Positions 8,554 through 18,275 of a stretch of 32,620 bases of DNA are shown here, one piece after another (positions within the stretch are counted from its first letter, which is position 1; each line of letters opens with the position of its first letter). The position numbers and the translations under genes were made by a program. The notes under the pieces are model-generated. The model was not told where the DNA came from. It ran no database searches and saw nothing but the letters and a program-made list of their open reading frames with translations. The stretch comes from a virus (Duplodnaviria > Heunggongvirae > Uroviricota > Caudoviricetes): IMG/VR virus record IMGVR_UViG_2861048470_000001; one strand, 5' to 3'.

Positions 8554-10325
8554 CAGTAAAACTCCAGAATGGTGGATGTCAGCGGGGTGCTGATACCGGC
8601 GGTGAGTGGCTCATTTAACAGGGCGTGCATGGTCGCCCAGGCGAGGTCGGCGTGGCTGGCTTCCTCGCTGCGGTTGGCCTCATAGGTGGCGCTGCGTCCG
8701 CTGCTGGTCATGGTCTTGCGGATAGCCATAAACGAGCTGGTGATGTCGGTGGCGCTGACGTCGTATTCCAGACAGCCACGGCGGATAACGTCTTTTGCCT
8801 TGAGCACCATTGCGGTTTTCATTTCCGGCGTGTAGCGGATATCACGCGCGGCGGGATAGAACGAGCGCACGAGCTGGAACACGCCGACACCGAGGCCGGT
8901 GGCATCAATTCCGATGTATTCGACGTTGTATTTTTCGGTGAGTTTGCGGATGGATTCAGCCTGGGTGGCAAAGTCCATGCCTTTCCACTGGTGACGCTCA
9001 AGTATTCTGAATTTGCCACCGGCCACCACCGGCGGTGCCAGCACCACGCATCCGGCACTGTCGCCACGGTGTGACGGGTCGTAACCAATCCATACCGGGC
9101 GGGAGCCGAACGGATTGGCGGCAAACGGCGCATAGTCTTCCCATTCTTCCAGCGTGTCGACCATGCAGCGTTGCAGCTCCTCGAACGGGAACACCGACGC
9201 CTTGTCGTCAACAAATTCACACATGAACAGGTTTTTAAAATCGTCGGCGCTGTTTTCACGTTTGAGCTGCTCAATGTCGAACAGCGTGCAGCCACCTTTC
9301 AGGGCGTCCTCAATGGTGACAATCTGCCGCCACTGGCCGTCCGCACAGAGAAGCCCCCCGGCAAGGGCGTTATGACTGACGTCGATTTCCACACGTTCGG
9401 CGGCGCTGGCACGTCCCCGGTTGAACAGTTCACCTGACCAGAACGGGTAGGCGTCGTGCGCCAGCGTGGACGGGGTGGAGAAATAGGTCGAGCGCAGGTG
9501 ACTCTGTGAGGCCATACCTGATGCCACCTTACGCAGTACCTGAAAATTCGGGATCCAGAAAATCTCATCGACGTACAGGTCGCCGTTATGGCTCTGCGCG
9601 GTGTTGGAGTTGGTGCCGAGAAAAATCAGTTTTGCGCCGTTATTGCCCAGGACAATCGGGTCACCGGTAAGGTCAACGTCCACCAGACGGGCAAAGGCGA
9701 TGATGTATTCGCGGAACACATACGCCTGCGTTTTACTGGCCGACAGAAAAATCTGGTTATGACCGGTTTTCAGGGCGCGCAGCAGTGCCTCGCGGGAAAA
9801 ATAAAACGTCGCGCCAATCTGGCGGGATTTCAGGATATCGCGGATGCGGTGCTCAAGCCCGGCGCGATACCAGTGCAACTGATAGTCGAAAGACTGCTCA
9901 AAGAAAATCTGCTCCAGCTTTTCGATGGCTTCGTCACTGAAAAAATTCTTTTTCGGTTTGCGACGCCCGCCTTTGTTGCGGTTAGCGACGTTCGGATTAA
10001 GGTCTGCCTCGTTGCCGGTCTGGCTGTAGCGATTTACCCGTGCCAGTCGTTCAATCTGGCGTCCCAGCAGGTCAATTTCCTTGAAGTCACCGCCGGTTTT
10101 CTGCGGTTTGATGATGAGCTGGGTCAGCCGCGCTTCCAGGCTCATTTCGACACGGCTGATGGGGGCAACGCTGTCCCAGCCGTCGCGCTGTTTCCAGCTC
10201 TGCACCGTCGGGCGTTTCATCTGCAACATGGCGGCAATCTGCGGCACGGAAAACCCCTGCCAGTACAGCAGCGCCGCCTGACGACGCGGGTCGTGTAAAA
10301 GAGTGGTGTCTGTGGTGATGGTCAT
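8553..10325 (-). CDS. P: Terminase large (ATPase) subunit P
   Basis: About 590 aa from the internal Met (MTITTD...); transcribed divergently from O, as in P2. Confidence 0.9.
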   Translation of the reverse strand: MTITTDTTLLHDPRRQAALLYWQGFSVPQIAAMLQMKRPTVQSWKQRDGWDSVAPISRVEMSLEARLTQLIIKPQKTGGDFKEIDLLGRQIERLARVNRYSQTGNEADLNPNVANRNKGGRRKPKKNFFSDEAIEKLEQIFFEQSFDYQLHWYRAGLEHRIRDILKSRQIGATFYFSREALLRALKTGHNQIFLSASKTQAYVFREYIIAFARLVDVDLTGDPIVLGNNGAKLIFLGTNSNTAQSHNGDLYVDEIFWIPNFQVLRKVASGMASQSHLRSTYFSTPSTLAHDAYPFWSGELFNRGRASAAERVEIDVSHNALAGGLLCADGQWRQIVTIEDALKGGCTLFDIEQLKRENSADDFKNLFMCEFVDDKASVFPFEELQRCMVDTLEEWEDYAPFAANPFGSRPVWIGYDPSHRGDSAGCVVLAPPVVAGGKFRILERHQWKGMDFATQAESIRKLTEKYNVEYIGIDATGLGVGVFQLVRSFYPAARDIRYTPEMKTAMVLKAKDVIRRGCLEYDVSATDITSSFMAIRKTMTSSGRSATYEANRSEEASHADLAWATMHALLNEPLTAGISTPLTSTILEFY

Positions 10326-10498
10326 GAATACCTCGCCGTGATGAATACACGGCAAGGCTACTGAGTCGCGCCCCGCGATTCGCTAAGGTGCTGTTGTGTC
10401 AGTGATAAGCCATCCGGGACTGATGGCGGAGGATGCGCATCGTCGGGAAACTGATGCCGACATGTGACTCCTCTACTCACTATTCAGGACTCCTGACA

Positions 10499-11353
10499 AT
10501 GGCTAAAAAAGTCTCAAAATTCTTTCGTATCGGCGTTGAGGGTGACACCTGTGACGGGCGTGTCATCAGTGCGCAGGATATTCAGGAAATGGCCGAAACC
10601 TTTGACCCGCGAGTCTATGGTTGCCGTATTAACCTGGAACATCTGCGCGGCATCCTGCCTGACGGCATTTTTAAACGTTATGGCGATGTGGCCGAACTGA
10701 AGGCCGAAAAGATTGACGATGATTCGGCGCTGAAAGGCAAATGGGCGCTGTTTGCGAAAATCACCCCGACCGATGACCTTATCGCGATGAACAAGGCCGC
10801 GCAGAAGGTCTATACCTCAATGGAAATTCAGCCGAACTTTGCCAACACCGGCAAATGTTATCTGGTGGGGCTGGCCGTCACCGATGACCCGGCAAGCCTC
10901 GGCACGGAATACCTGGAATTCTGCCGCACGGCAAAACACAACCCCCTGAACCGCTTCAAATTAAGCCCTGAAAACCTGATTTCAGTGGCAACGCCTGTTG
11001 AGCTGGAATTTGAAGACCTGCCTGAAACCGTGTTCACCGCCCTGACCGAAAAGGTGAAATCCATTTTTGGCCGCAAACAGGCCAGCGATGACGCCCGTCT
11101 GAATGACGTGCATGAAGCGGTGACCGCTGTTGCTGAACATGTGCAGGAAAAGCTGAGCGCCACTGAGCAGCGACTCGCTGAGATGGAAACCGCCTTTTCC
11201 GCACTTAAGCAGGATGTGACTGACAGGGCGGATGAAACCAGTCAGGCATTCACCCGCCTGAAAAACAGTCTCGACCACACCGAAAGTCTGACCCAGCAGC
11301 GCCGCAGCAAGGCCACCGGTGGTGGCGGTGACGCCCTGATGACGAACTGCTGA
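10499..11353 (+). CDS. O: Capsid scaffolding protein O
   Basis: Starts MAKKVSKFFRIGVEGDTCDGRV... as I recall for P2 gpO; about 284 aa. Confidence 0.9.
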   Translation: MAKKVSKFFRIGVEGDTCDGRVISAQDIQEMAETFDPRVYGCRINLEHLRGILPDGIFKRYGDVAELKAEKIDDDSALKGKWALFAKITPTDDLIAMNKAAQKVYTSMEIQPNFANTGKCYLVGLAVTDDPASLGTEYLEFCRTAKHNPLNRFKLSPENLISVATPVELEFEDLPETVFTALTEKVKSIFGRKQASDDARLNDVHEAVTAVAEHVQEKLSATEQRLAEMETAFSALKQDVTDRADETSQAFTRLKNSLDHTESLTQQRRSKATGGGGDALMTNC

Positions 11354-11411
11354 CCGGCGTCAGTCAGTCCGGGAAAACCTTCACGATTAACCCTTAATTT
11401 CAGGAAAAACT

Positions 11412-12485
11412 ATGCGCCAGGAAACCCGCTTTAAATTTAATGCCTACCTGTCCCGTGTTGCCGAGCTGAACGGCATCGACGCCGGTGATGTGTCGAAAAA
11501 ATTCACCGTTGAACCGTCGGTCACCCAGACCCTGATGAACACCATGCAGGAGTCCTCTGACTTTCTGACCCGCATCAATATTGTGCCGGTCAGCGAAATG
11601 AAAGGGGAAAAAATTGGCATCGGTGTCACCGGCTCCATCGCCAGCACCACCGACACCGCCGGTGGCACCGAGCGTCAGCCGAAGGACTTCTCGAAGCTGG
11701 CGTCAAACAAGTACGAATGCGACCAGATTAACTTCGATTTTTATATCCGCTACAAAACGCTGGACCTGTGGGCGCGTTATCAGGATTTCCAGCTCCGTAT
11801 CCGTAACGCCATTATCAAACGCCAGTCCCTTGATTTCATCATGGCCGGTTTTAACGGCGTGAAGCGTGCCGAAACCTCTGACCGCAGCAGCAATCCGATG
11901 CTGCAGGATGTGGCGGTCGGCTGGCTGCAGAAATACCGCAATGAAGCCCCGGCGCGCGTGATGAGCAAGGTCACTGACGAGGAAGGCCGCACCACCTCTG
12001 AGGTCATCCGCGTGGGTAAGGGCGGTGATTATGTAAGCCTCGATGCACTGGTGATGGATGCGACCAACAACCTGATTGAACCTTGGTATCAGGAAGATCC
12101 TGACCTTGTGGTGATTGTGGGGCGTCAGCTACTGGCGGACAAGTATTTCCCCATCGTCAACAAAGAGCAGGACAACAGCGAAATGCTGGCCGCTGACGTC
12201 ATCATCAGTCAGAAACGCATCGGTAACCTGCCGGCGGTACGCGTCCCGTACTTCCCGGCGGATGCGATGCTCATCACGAAGCTGGAAAACCTGTCCATCT
12301 ACTACATGGATGACAGCCATCGCCGCGTGATTGTGGAAAACCCGAAACTCGACCGCGTGGAGAACTACGAGTCAATGAACATTGATTACGTGGTGGAAGA
12401 CTACGCCGCCGGTTGTCTGGTGGAAAAAATTAAGGTCGGTGATTTCTCCACACCGGCTAAAGCGACCGCAGAGCCGGGAGCGTAA
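11412..12485 (+). CDS. N: Major capsid protein N
   Basis: 357-aa ORF following O; P2 gpN size and position. Confidence 0.9.
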   Translation: MRQETRFKFNAYLSRVAELNGIDAGDVSKKFTVEPSVTQTLMNTMQESSDFLTRINIVPVSEMKGEKIGIGVTGSIASTTDTAGGTERQPKDFSKLASNKYECDQINFDFYIRYKTLDLWARYQDFQLRIRNAIIKRQSLDFIMAGFNGVKRAETSDRSSNPMLQDVAVGWLQKYRNEAPARVMSKVTDEEGRTTSEVIRVGKGGDYVSLDALVMDATNNLIEPWYQEDPDLVVIVGRQLLADKYFPIVNKEQDNSEMLAADVIISQKRIGNLPAVRVPYFPADAMLITKLENLSIYYMDDSHRRVIVENPKLDRVENYESMNIDYVVEDYAAGCLVEKIKVGDFSTPAKATAEPGA

Positions 12486-12488
12486 CCG

Positions 12489-13232
12489 ATGACGAGTCCC
12501 GCACAGCGCCACATGATGCGGGTCTCGGCAGCGATGACCGCGCAGCGGGAAGCCGCCCCGCTGCGACATGCAACTGTCTATGAGCAGATGCTGGTCAAGC
12601 TGGCCGCAGACCAGCGCACACTGAAAGCGATTTATTCAAAAGAGCTGAAGGCCGCAAAAAAACGCGAACTGCTGCCGTTCTGGTTGCCGTGGGTGAACGG
12701 CGTGCTGGAGCAGGGCAAAGGTGCACAGGATGACATTCTGATGACGGTCATGCTGTGGCGTCTGGATACCGGCGATATTGCCGGTGCGCTGGAGATTGCC
12801 CGTTATGCCCTGAAGTACGGGCTGACCATGCCGGGTAAACACCGCCGCACCCCGCCGTACATGTTCACCGAGGAGGTGGCGCTTGCGGCCATGCGCGCTC
12901 ACGCTGCCGGTGAATCCGTGGATATCCGACTGCTGATGGACACCCTTGAACTGACCGCTGCTGCTGACATGCCTGATGAAGTGCGCGCAAAGCTGCACAA
13001 AATCACCGGTCTGTTTCTGCGTGACGGTGGTGATGCCGCCGGTGCGCTGGCGCACCTGCAACGTGCGACACAGCTCGACTGTCAGGCAGGCGTCAAAAAA
13101 GAGATTGAACGACTGGAGCGGGAACTGAAACCGAAGCCGGAGCCGCAGCCAAAAGCGGCCACCCGCGCCCCGCGTAAGAGCCGGAGTGCGACACCGGCAA
13201 AACGTGGACGCCCGAAAAAGAAAGCCAGTTAA
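12489..13232 (+). CDS. M: Terminase small/endonuclease subunit M
   Basis: 247-aa ORF with a basic Lys/Arg/Pro-rich C-terminal tail; P2 gpM position. Confidence 0.85.
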   Translation: MTSPAQRHMMRVSAAMTAQREAAPLRHATVYEQMLVKLAADQRTLKAIYSKELKAAKKRELLPFWLPWVNGVLEQGKGAQDDILMTVMLWRLDTGDIAGALEIARYALKYGLTMPGKHRRTPPYMFTEEVALAAMRAHAAGESVDIRLLMDTLELTAAADMPDEVRAKLHKITGLFLRDGGDAAGALAHLQRATQLDCQAGVKKEIERLERELKPKPEPQPKAATRAPRKSRSATPAKRGRPKKKAS

Positions 13233-13331
13233 CAACCGAATGCGCCCCGCGCCAGGGCGGCACGCCGGTCAGTGAGGGTGAATCACCTGACACTGCACCG
13301 GCGTCCACCGCCCGACTTTTCAGAGGTAGTC

Positions 13332-13841
13332 ATGATGACGCTGATTATTCCGCGAAAGGAGGCTCCCGTGTCCGGTGAGGGTACGGTGGTCATCCCGCAA
13401 CCGGCAGGCGACGAGCCGGTGATTAAAAACACGTTCTTTTTTCCCGATATCGACCCGAAGCGCGTCCGGGAACGTATGCGCCTTGAGCAGACCGTCGCCC
13501 CCGCCCGTCTGCGTGAGGCCATCAAGTCAGGCATGGCGGAGACAAATGCGGAGCTGTACGAGTACCGCGAACAGAAAATTGCCGCCGGTTTTACGCGTCT
13601 GGCGGACGTCCCGGCGGACGACATCGACGGTGAAAGCATCAAAGTTTTTTACTACGAGCGCGCCGTGTGTGCGATGGCGACCGCGTCGCTTTATGAGCGT
13701 TACCGCGGCGTGGATGCCAGTGCGAAAGGTGACAAGAAGGCTGACAGCATTGACAGCACCATTGATGAACTGTGGCGGGATATGCGCTGGGCGGTGGCGC
13801 GTATCCAGGACAAGCCGCGCTGCATCGTGAGTCAAATCTGA
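13332..13841 (+). CDS. L: Capsid completion protein L
   Basis: About 169 aa from the ATG at 13332 (MMTLIIP...); P2 gpL position. Confidence 0.85.
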   Translation: MMTLIIPRKEAPVSGEGTVVIPQPAGDEPVIKNTFFFPDIDPKRVRERMRLEQTVAPARLREAIKSGMAETNAELYEYREQKIAAGFTRLADVPADDIDGESIKVFYYERAVCAMATASLYERYRGVDASAKGDKKADSIDSTIDELWRDMRWAVARIQDKPRCIVSQI

Positions 13842-14044
13842 TGAAGACCTTTGCGCTACAGGGCGACACGCTCGACGCCATTTGTGTCCGGTATTACGGG
13901 CGCACTGAGGGCGTGGTTGAGACCGTGCTCGCCGCAAATCCGGGACTGGCTGAACTGGGTGTGGTGCTGCCACACGGCACCGCCGTCGAACTGCCCGACG
14001 TTCAGACCGCGCCCGTGGCTGAAACTGTCAATCTGTGGGAGTAA
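13841..14044 (+). CDS. X: Tail protein X (LysM-like)
   Basis: 67 aa (MKTFALQGDTLDAICVRYYG...); ATG overlaps the L stop. Confidence 0.85.
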   Translation: MKTFALQGDTLDAICVRYYGRTEGVVETVLAANPGLAELGVVLPHGTAVELPDVQTAPVAETVNLWE

Positions 14045-14047
14045 CGC

Positions 14048-14329
14048 ATGACAGCAGAAGAAAAAAGCGTCCTGTCGCTTTTCATGATTGGGGTGCTGAT
14101 TGTTGTCGGCAAGGTGCTTGCCGGTGGTGAACCCATCACCCCGCGTCTGTTTATCGGGCGCATGTTGCTCGGTGGTTTTGTCTCGATGGTTGCCGGTGTT
14201 GTTCTGGTGCAGTTTCCTGACATGTCACTGCCTGCGGTGTGCGGCATTGGCTCCATGCTGGGTATCGCCGGTTATCAGGTGATTGAGATTGCCATTCAGC
14301 GCCGCTTTAAGGGCAGGGGGAAACCGTAA
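14048..14329 (+). CDS. Y: Holin Y
   Basis: 93 aa with hydrophobic transmembrane segments; first gene of the lysis cassette. Confidence 0.85.
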   Translation: MTAEEKSVLSLFMIGVLIVVGKVLAGGEPITPRLFIGRMLLGGFVSMVAGVVLVQFPDMSLPAVCGIGSMLGIAGYQVIEIAIQRRFKGRGKP

Positions 14330-14826
14330 TGCCGGTAATTAACACACATCAGAATATCGCCGCCTTTCTCGACATGCTGGCCGTGTCCGAAGGGACGGCG
14401 AATCATCCGCTGACGAAAAACCGGGGCTATGACGTGATAGTCACCGGACTGGACGGGAAGCCGGAAATTTTCACCGACTACAGTGACCACCCGTTCGCGC
14501 ATGGCCGACCGGCGAAGGTGTTTAACCGTCGCGGTGAAAAGTCCACGGCATCCGGTCGCTATCAGCAGCTTTACCTGTTCTGGCCGCACTACCGCAAACA
14601 GCTTGCCCTGCCGGATTTCAGTCCGTTGTCACAGGACAGGCTCGCCATTCAGTTGATCCGCGAACGCGGTGCACTGGATGACATCCGGGCGGGACGCATT
14701 GAGCGCGCTATTTCACGCTGTCGCAATATCTGGGCGTCCCTGCCGGGAGCCGGTTACGGTCAGCGTGAGCATTCACTGGAAAAACTGGTCACCGTCTGGC
14801 GTACCGCTGGCGGCGTACCGGCTTAA
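14329..14826 (+). CDS. K: Endolysin K (lysozyme)
   Basis: 165 aa; P2 gpK size and position directly after the holin. Confidence 0.85.
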   Translation: MPVINTHQNIAAFLDMLAVSEGTANHPLTKNRGYDVIVTGLDGKPEIFTDYSDHPFAHGRPAKVFNRRGEKSTASGRYQQLYLFWPHYRKQLALPDFSPLSQDRLAIQLIRERGALDDIRAGRIERAISRCRNIWASLPGAGYGQREHSLEKLVTVWRTAGGVPA

Positions 14827-14840
14827 ACGGAGTAAACACC

Positions 14841-15266
14841 ATGAAGAAATTATCCCTTTCACTGATGCTGAACGTGTCGCTGGCGCTGATGCTGGCACTG
14901 TCCCTGATTTACCCGCAGAGCGTGGCCGTCAGTTTTGTCGCCGCCTGGGCGATTCTGGCGACGGTTATCTGTGTGGTTGCCGGCGGTGTCGGCGTGTATG
15001 CCACAGAGTATGTACTGGAACGCTACGGGCGGGAGCTGCCGCCGGAATCGCTGGCCGTGAAGATTGTCACGTCGCTGTTTTTGCAGCCGGTGCCGTGGTG
15101 CAGACGGTCGGCGGCTCTGGTAGTGATGGTGGCGACGTTTATCTCGCTGGTTGCCGCCGGGTGGATTTTTACCGCGCTGATTTACCTCGTGGTGTCGGTG
15201 TTCTTCCGGCTGATACGTACGGCCTGCCGTCAGTGTTTTGAGGGGCGGGAACCATGTCAAGGCTGA
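14841..15266 (+). CDS. lysA: Lysis timing protein LysA (membrane)
   Basis: 141-aa hydrophobic protein after K. Confidence 0.8.
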   Translation: MKKLSLSLMLNVSLALMLALSLIYPQSVAVSFVAAWAILATVICVVAGGVGVYATEYVLERYGRELPPESLAVKIVTSLFLQPVPWCRRSAALVVMVATFISLVAAGWIFTALIYLVVSVFFRLIRTACRQCFEGREPCQG

Positions 15267-15697
15267 TGATTGTGCTGGTTGTGTTGTTATCACTGGCGGT
15301 GGCTGGTCTGTTTCTGGTGAAACACAAAAATGCCAGCCTGCGCGCCTCGCTGGACAGGGCGAACAACGTCGCCAGCGGGCAGCAGACGACCATCACCATG
15401 CTGAAAAATCAGCTTCATGTTGCCATCACCAGAGCAGACAAAAACGAGCTGGCGCAGGTGGTACTGCGTCAGGAACTGGAGAACGCCGCGAAGCGTGAAG
15501 CACAGCGCGAGAAAACCATCACGAGGTTACTTAATGAAAACGAAGATTTTCGCCGCTGGTACGGCGCTGACCTGCCTGATGCTGTGCGCCGGTTGCACCA
15601 GCGCCCCGCCTGCACCGACGCCAGTGATTGTCCACAACGCCTGCCCGAAAGTGAGTCTTTGCCCGATGCCGGGCAGCGACCCGGAGACGAACGGTGA
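15254..15697 (+). CDS. lysB: LysB (Rz-like inner-membrane spanin)
   Basis: N-terminal transmembrane anchor (LMIVLVVLLSLAVAGLFLV) followed by a coiled-coil region. Confidence 0.8.
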   Translation: MSRLMIVLVVLLSLAVAGLFLVKHKNASLRASLDRANNVASGQQTTITMLKNQLHVAITRADKNELAQVVLRQELENAAKREAQREKTITRLLNENEDFRRWYGADLPDAVRRLHQRPACTDASDCPQRLPESESLPDAGQRPGDER

Positions 15698-15824
15698 TTT
15701 AAGTGCCGATATCCGGCAGCTTGAGAACGCGCTGGCGCGCTGTGCCAGCCAGGTAAAAATGATTAAACACTGTCAGGACGAAAACGATGCTCAAACCCGA
15801 CAGCCTGCGCAGGGCGCTGACTGA
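15534..15824 (+). CDS. lysC: LysC (Rz1-like outer-membrane lipoprotein spanin), embedded in the +1 frame of lysB
   Basis: MKTKIFAAGTALTCLMLCAGC lipoprotein signal with lipobox; proline-rich mature part; overlaps the lysB 3' end out of frame. Confidence 0.75.
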   Translation: MKTKIFAAGTALTCLMLCAGCTSAPPAPTPVIVHNACPKVSLCPMPGSDPETNGDLSADIRQLENALARCASQVKMIKHCQDENDAQTRQPAQGAD

Positions 15825-16254
15825 TGCCGTCACGGTGCTGAAAACTAACCCCGATATGCTGCGGATATTCGTGGATCACGGGAGTATTGCCTCCACGCTG
15901 GCGGCGTCGTTGTCATTCGAAAAGCGTTACACGCTCAATGTCATTGTGACCGACTTTACCGGTGATTTTGACCTGCTCATCGTGCCGGTGCTGGCGTGGC
16001 TGCGGGTAAATCAGCCCGACATCATGACCACCGACGCAGGTCAGAAAAAGGGCTTCACGTTTTATGCAGACATCAATAATGACAGCAGCTTTGATATCAG
16101 CATCAGCCTGATGCTGACCGAGCGCACGCTGGTCAGTGAGGTGGACGGCGCACTGCATGTGAAGAATATCCCGGAACCCACGCCGCCGGAGCCGGTCACC
16201 CGCCCGGTGGAGCTTTATATCAATGGCGAACTGGTGAGCAAGTGGGATGAATGA
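15787..16254 (+). CDS. R: Tail completion protein R
   Basis: 155 aa; P2 gpR size and position. Confidence 0.85.
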   Translation: MLKPDSLRRALTDAVTVLKTNPDMLRIFVDHGSIASTLAASLSFEKRYTLNVIVTDFTGDFDLLIVPVLAWLRVNQPDIMTTDAGQKKGFTFYADINNDSSFDISISLMLTERTLVSEVDGALHVKNIPEPTPPEPVTRPVELYINGELVSKWDE

Positions 16255-16699
16255 GTTTAAGCGTTTTGAAGACCGGCTGACCGGACTGATTGAATCGTTG
16301 TCACCGTCAGGGCGTCGGCGACTGAGCGCCGAACTGGCGAAACGTCTGCGGCAGAGTCAGCAGCGCCGGGTGATGGCACAGAAAGCCCCGGACGGCACAC
16401 CCTACGCACCACGCCAGCAGCAGAGCGCCAGAAAAAAGACCGGTCGCGTTAAGCGAAAAATGTTTGCGAAACTTATCACCAGTCGTTTTTTGCATATCCG
16501 CGCCAGCCCTGAACAGGCATCAATGGAGTTTTACGGCGGGAAGTCACCGAAAATAGCCAGTGTGCATCAGTTCGGTCTGTCGGAAGAAACCCGGAAAGAC
16601 GGTAAGAAAATTGATTATCCGGCGCGTCCTCTGCTCGGCTTTACCTGTGAGGATGTGCAGATGATTGAAGAGATTATCCTGGCTCACCTTGAGCGTTAG
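16247..16699 (+). CDS. S: Tail completion protein S
   Basis: 150 aa; P2 gpS size and position. Confidence 0.85.
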   Translation: MNEFKRFEDRLTGLIESLSPSGRRRLSAELAKRLRQSQQRRVMAQKAPDGTPYAPRQQQSARKKTGRVKRKMFAKLITSRFLHIRASPEQASMEFYGGKSPKIASVHQFGLSEETRKDGKKIDYPARPLLGFTCEDVQMIEEIILAHLER

Positions 16700-16729
16700 T
16701 TTTATCCAGGCAGAGGCTGATGCGCAATT

Positions 16730-16764
16730 AAACATTGAGCGGCCATGCTGGGCGCTCAATGTTT
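16730..16764. terminator. Bidirectional terminator hairpin between convergent S and the 16771-17556 gene
   Basis: Perfect 12-bp inverted repeat AAACATTGAGCG (16730-16741) / CGCTCAATGTTT (16753-16764) with an 11-nt loop. Confidence 0.6.
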
Positions 16765-16770
16765 AGAGGT

Positions 16771-17556
16771 TTATGAGTGATTTTTATTTGATGCTTTGTA
16801 TTCTAAAACCTTCTTATTGGCGTAAAAGAATTTTGTATATGACAGGAATATAACCAGACCTGAAGTGAAATAGACGAGGGATAGTATTAATAATGCTTTT
16901 TTGTGACTGTTATTATCTTTAATCTCCTGGCTTAACCATTCGGAGTCCTCCTCGTTTAGCTGTAAGAGCTTATTGCAGGCGATTTCAGGAAGTGTGTCTT
17001 TTATAAATACGTTTTGCAGTCTCTTGCAATCGGCAAGGCTATAAGTTTTATTAAATTCAACTGCTTTATTTTTGAAGGATAAAAGAACTTTGTCACTATA
17101 AACATAGTACATCATATTTTTATATGGTATGCCTATGGCATCTCTTACTATAGCGGATTGTTTGTTGTGTATATAACATGCGAAGAGAATATAAATAATA
17201 CTGGCCAGAATTACAATTGTTGTTTTAATTATGTGTGGTGGTTTTGTTATGTCACCCCAGATGCGAGTAAGGAAAAAATACGATGTTTTTAGTTTTCCAT
17301 CAATCAGTCCCTGCTGTATCATTCTCACATTTTCAATGCCTGATACATTGATTCCGTTAATTATTTTAAATAGTTGAATGTCGCGCCACTCGCGGTCAAG
17401 TCTTTTTAATTTTTTGTCTGAATATCCAAAATTGAAATAATGTGCAATAAGCCTCATAAGGTTACTTTTACCAAAGCTAAAAAATGCTAATACTGCAAAG
17501 CTACAAAGGAAAAAAACGATTAGCCCCCACACATTAGTCACATTATAGCTGACCAT
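16771..17556 (-). CDS. Accessory membrane protein with three predicted transmembrane helices, unknown function (P2 orf30 position)
   Basis: 261-aa ORF on the strand opposite to the flanking tail genes; strongly AT-rich; hydrophobic segments near residues 9-28, 120-140 and 225-245; no motif I recognise. Confidence 0.65.
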   Translation of the reverse strand: MVSYNVTNVWGLIVFFLCSFAVLAFFSFGKSNLMRLIAHYFNFGYSDKKLKRLDREWRDIQLFKIINGINVSGIENVRMIQQGLIDGKLKTSYFFLTRIWGDITKPPHIIKTTIVILASIIYILFACYIHNKQSAIVRDAIGIPYKNMMYYVYSDKVLLSFKNKAVEFNKTYSLADCKRLQNVFIKDTLPEIACNKLLQLNEEDSEWLSQEIKDNNSHKKALLILSLVYFTSGLVIFLSYTKFFYANKKVLEYKASNKNHS

Positions 17557-17639
17557 TACGCTCTCCTTGAATGTTGTCTGGTAGTTCTACAAATGAATCC
17601 AGATAGCATAACTTTTATATATTGTGCAATCTCACACGC

Positions 17640-18275
17640 ATGAACACTCTCGCAAATATTCAGGAACTCGCGCGCGCACTGCGCAACATGATTCGCACCG
17701 GCATTATCGTCGAAACCGACCTTAACGCCGGTCGCTGCCGCGTGCAGACCGGCGGCATGTGCACCGACTGGCTTCAGTGGCTGACCCATCGCGCAGGACG
17801 TTCGCGCACATGGTGGGCACCTTCCGTGGGGGAACAGGTGCTGATTCTGGCCGTGGGTGGTGAACTCGACACGGCGTTCGTTCTGCCGGGGATTTATTCC
17901 GGCGATAACCCCTCGCCGTCTGTGTCGGCGGATGCCCTGCATATCCGTTTCCCTGACGGGGCGGTGATTGAATATGAACCCGAAACCAGTGCACTCACGG
18001 TAAGCGGAATTAAAACGGCCAGCGTGACGGCTTCTGATTCTGTTACTGCCACGGTGCCGGTGGTCATGGTGAAAGCATCAACCCGCGTCACCCTGGACAC
18101 CCCGGAGGTGGTCTGCACCAACAGGCTGATTACCGGCACGCTGGAAGTGCAGAAGGGCGGGACGATGCGCGGCAACATTGAACACACCGGCGGTGAACTC
18201 TCATCAAACGGTAAGGTACTGCATACCCATAAACACCCCGGCGACAGCGGCGGCACAACCGGGAGTCCTCTATGA
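17640..18275 (+). CDS. V: Baseplate spike/assembly protein V
   Basis: Starts MNTLANIQELARAL... as I recall for P2 gpV. Confidence 0.9.
   Translation: MNTLANIQELARALRNMIRTGIIVETDLNAGRCRVQTGGMCTDWLQWLTHRAGRSRTWWAPSVGEQVLILAVGGELDTAFVLPGIYSGDNPSPSVSADALHIRFPDGAVIEYEPETSALTVSGIKTASVTASDSVTATVPVVMVKASTRVTLDTPEVVCTNRLITGTLEVQKGGTMRGNIEHTGGELSSNGKVLHTHKHPGDSGGTTGSPL

Noticed and set aside
8625-10350. Several plus-strand ORFs (63-236 aa) across the terminase P region
   Set aside because: All lie antisense within the 590-aa P gene, are Arg/Ala/Gly-rich as expected for GC-rich shadow frames, and have no independent support.
13283-15498. Many overlapping ORFs on both strands across L, X, Y, K, lysA and lysB
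   Set aside because: The sense-strand genes follow P2 order with coupled start/stop codons; the alternatives are low-complexity translations typical of spurious frames. Only the embedded lysC was kept, because it has a lipoprotein signal.
17556-17942. 128-aa minus-strand ORF overlapping the start of V
   Set aside because: It lies antisense to the well-supported V gene in GC-rich sequence where shadow ORFs are common; no ribosome-binding site or recognisable motif.
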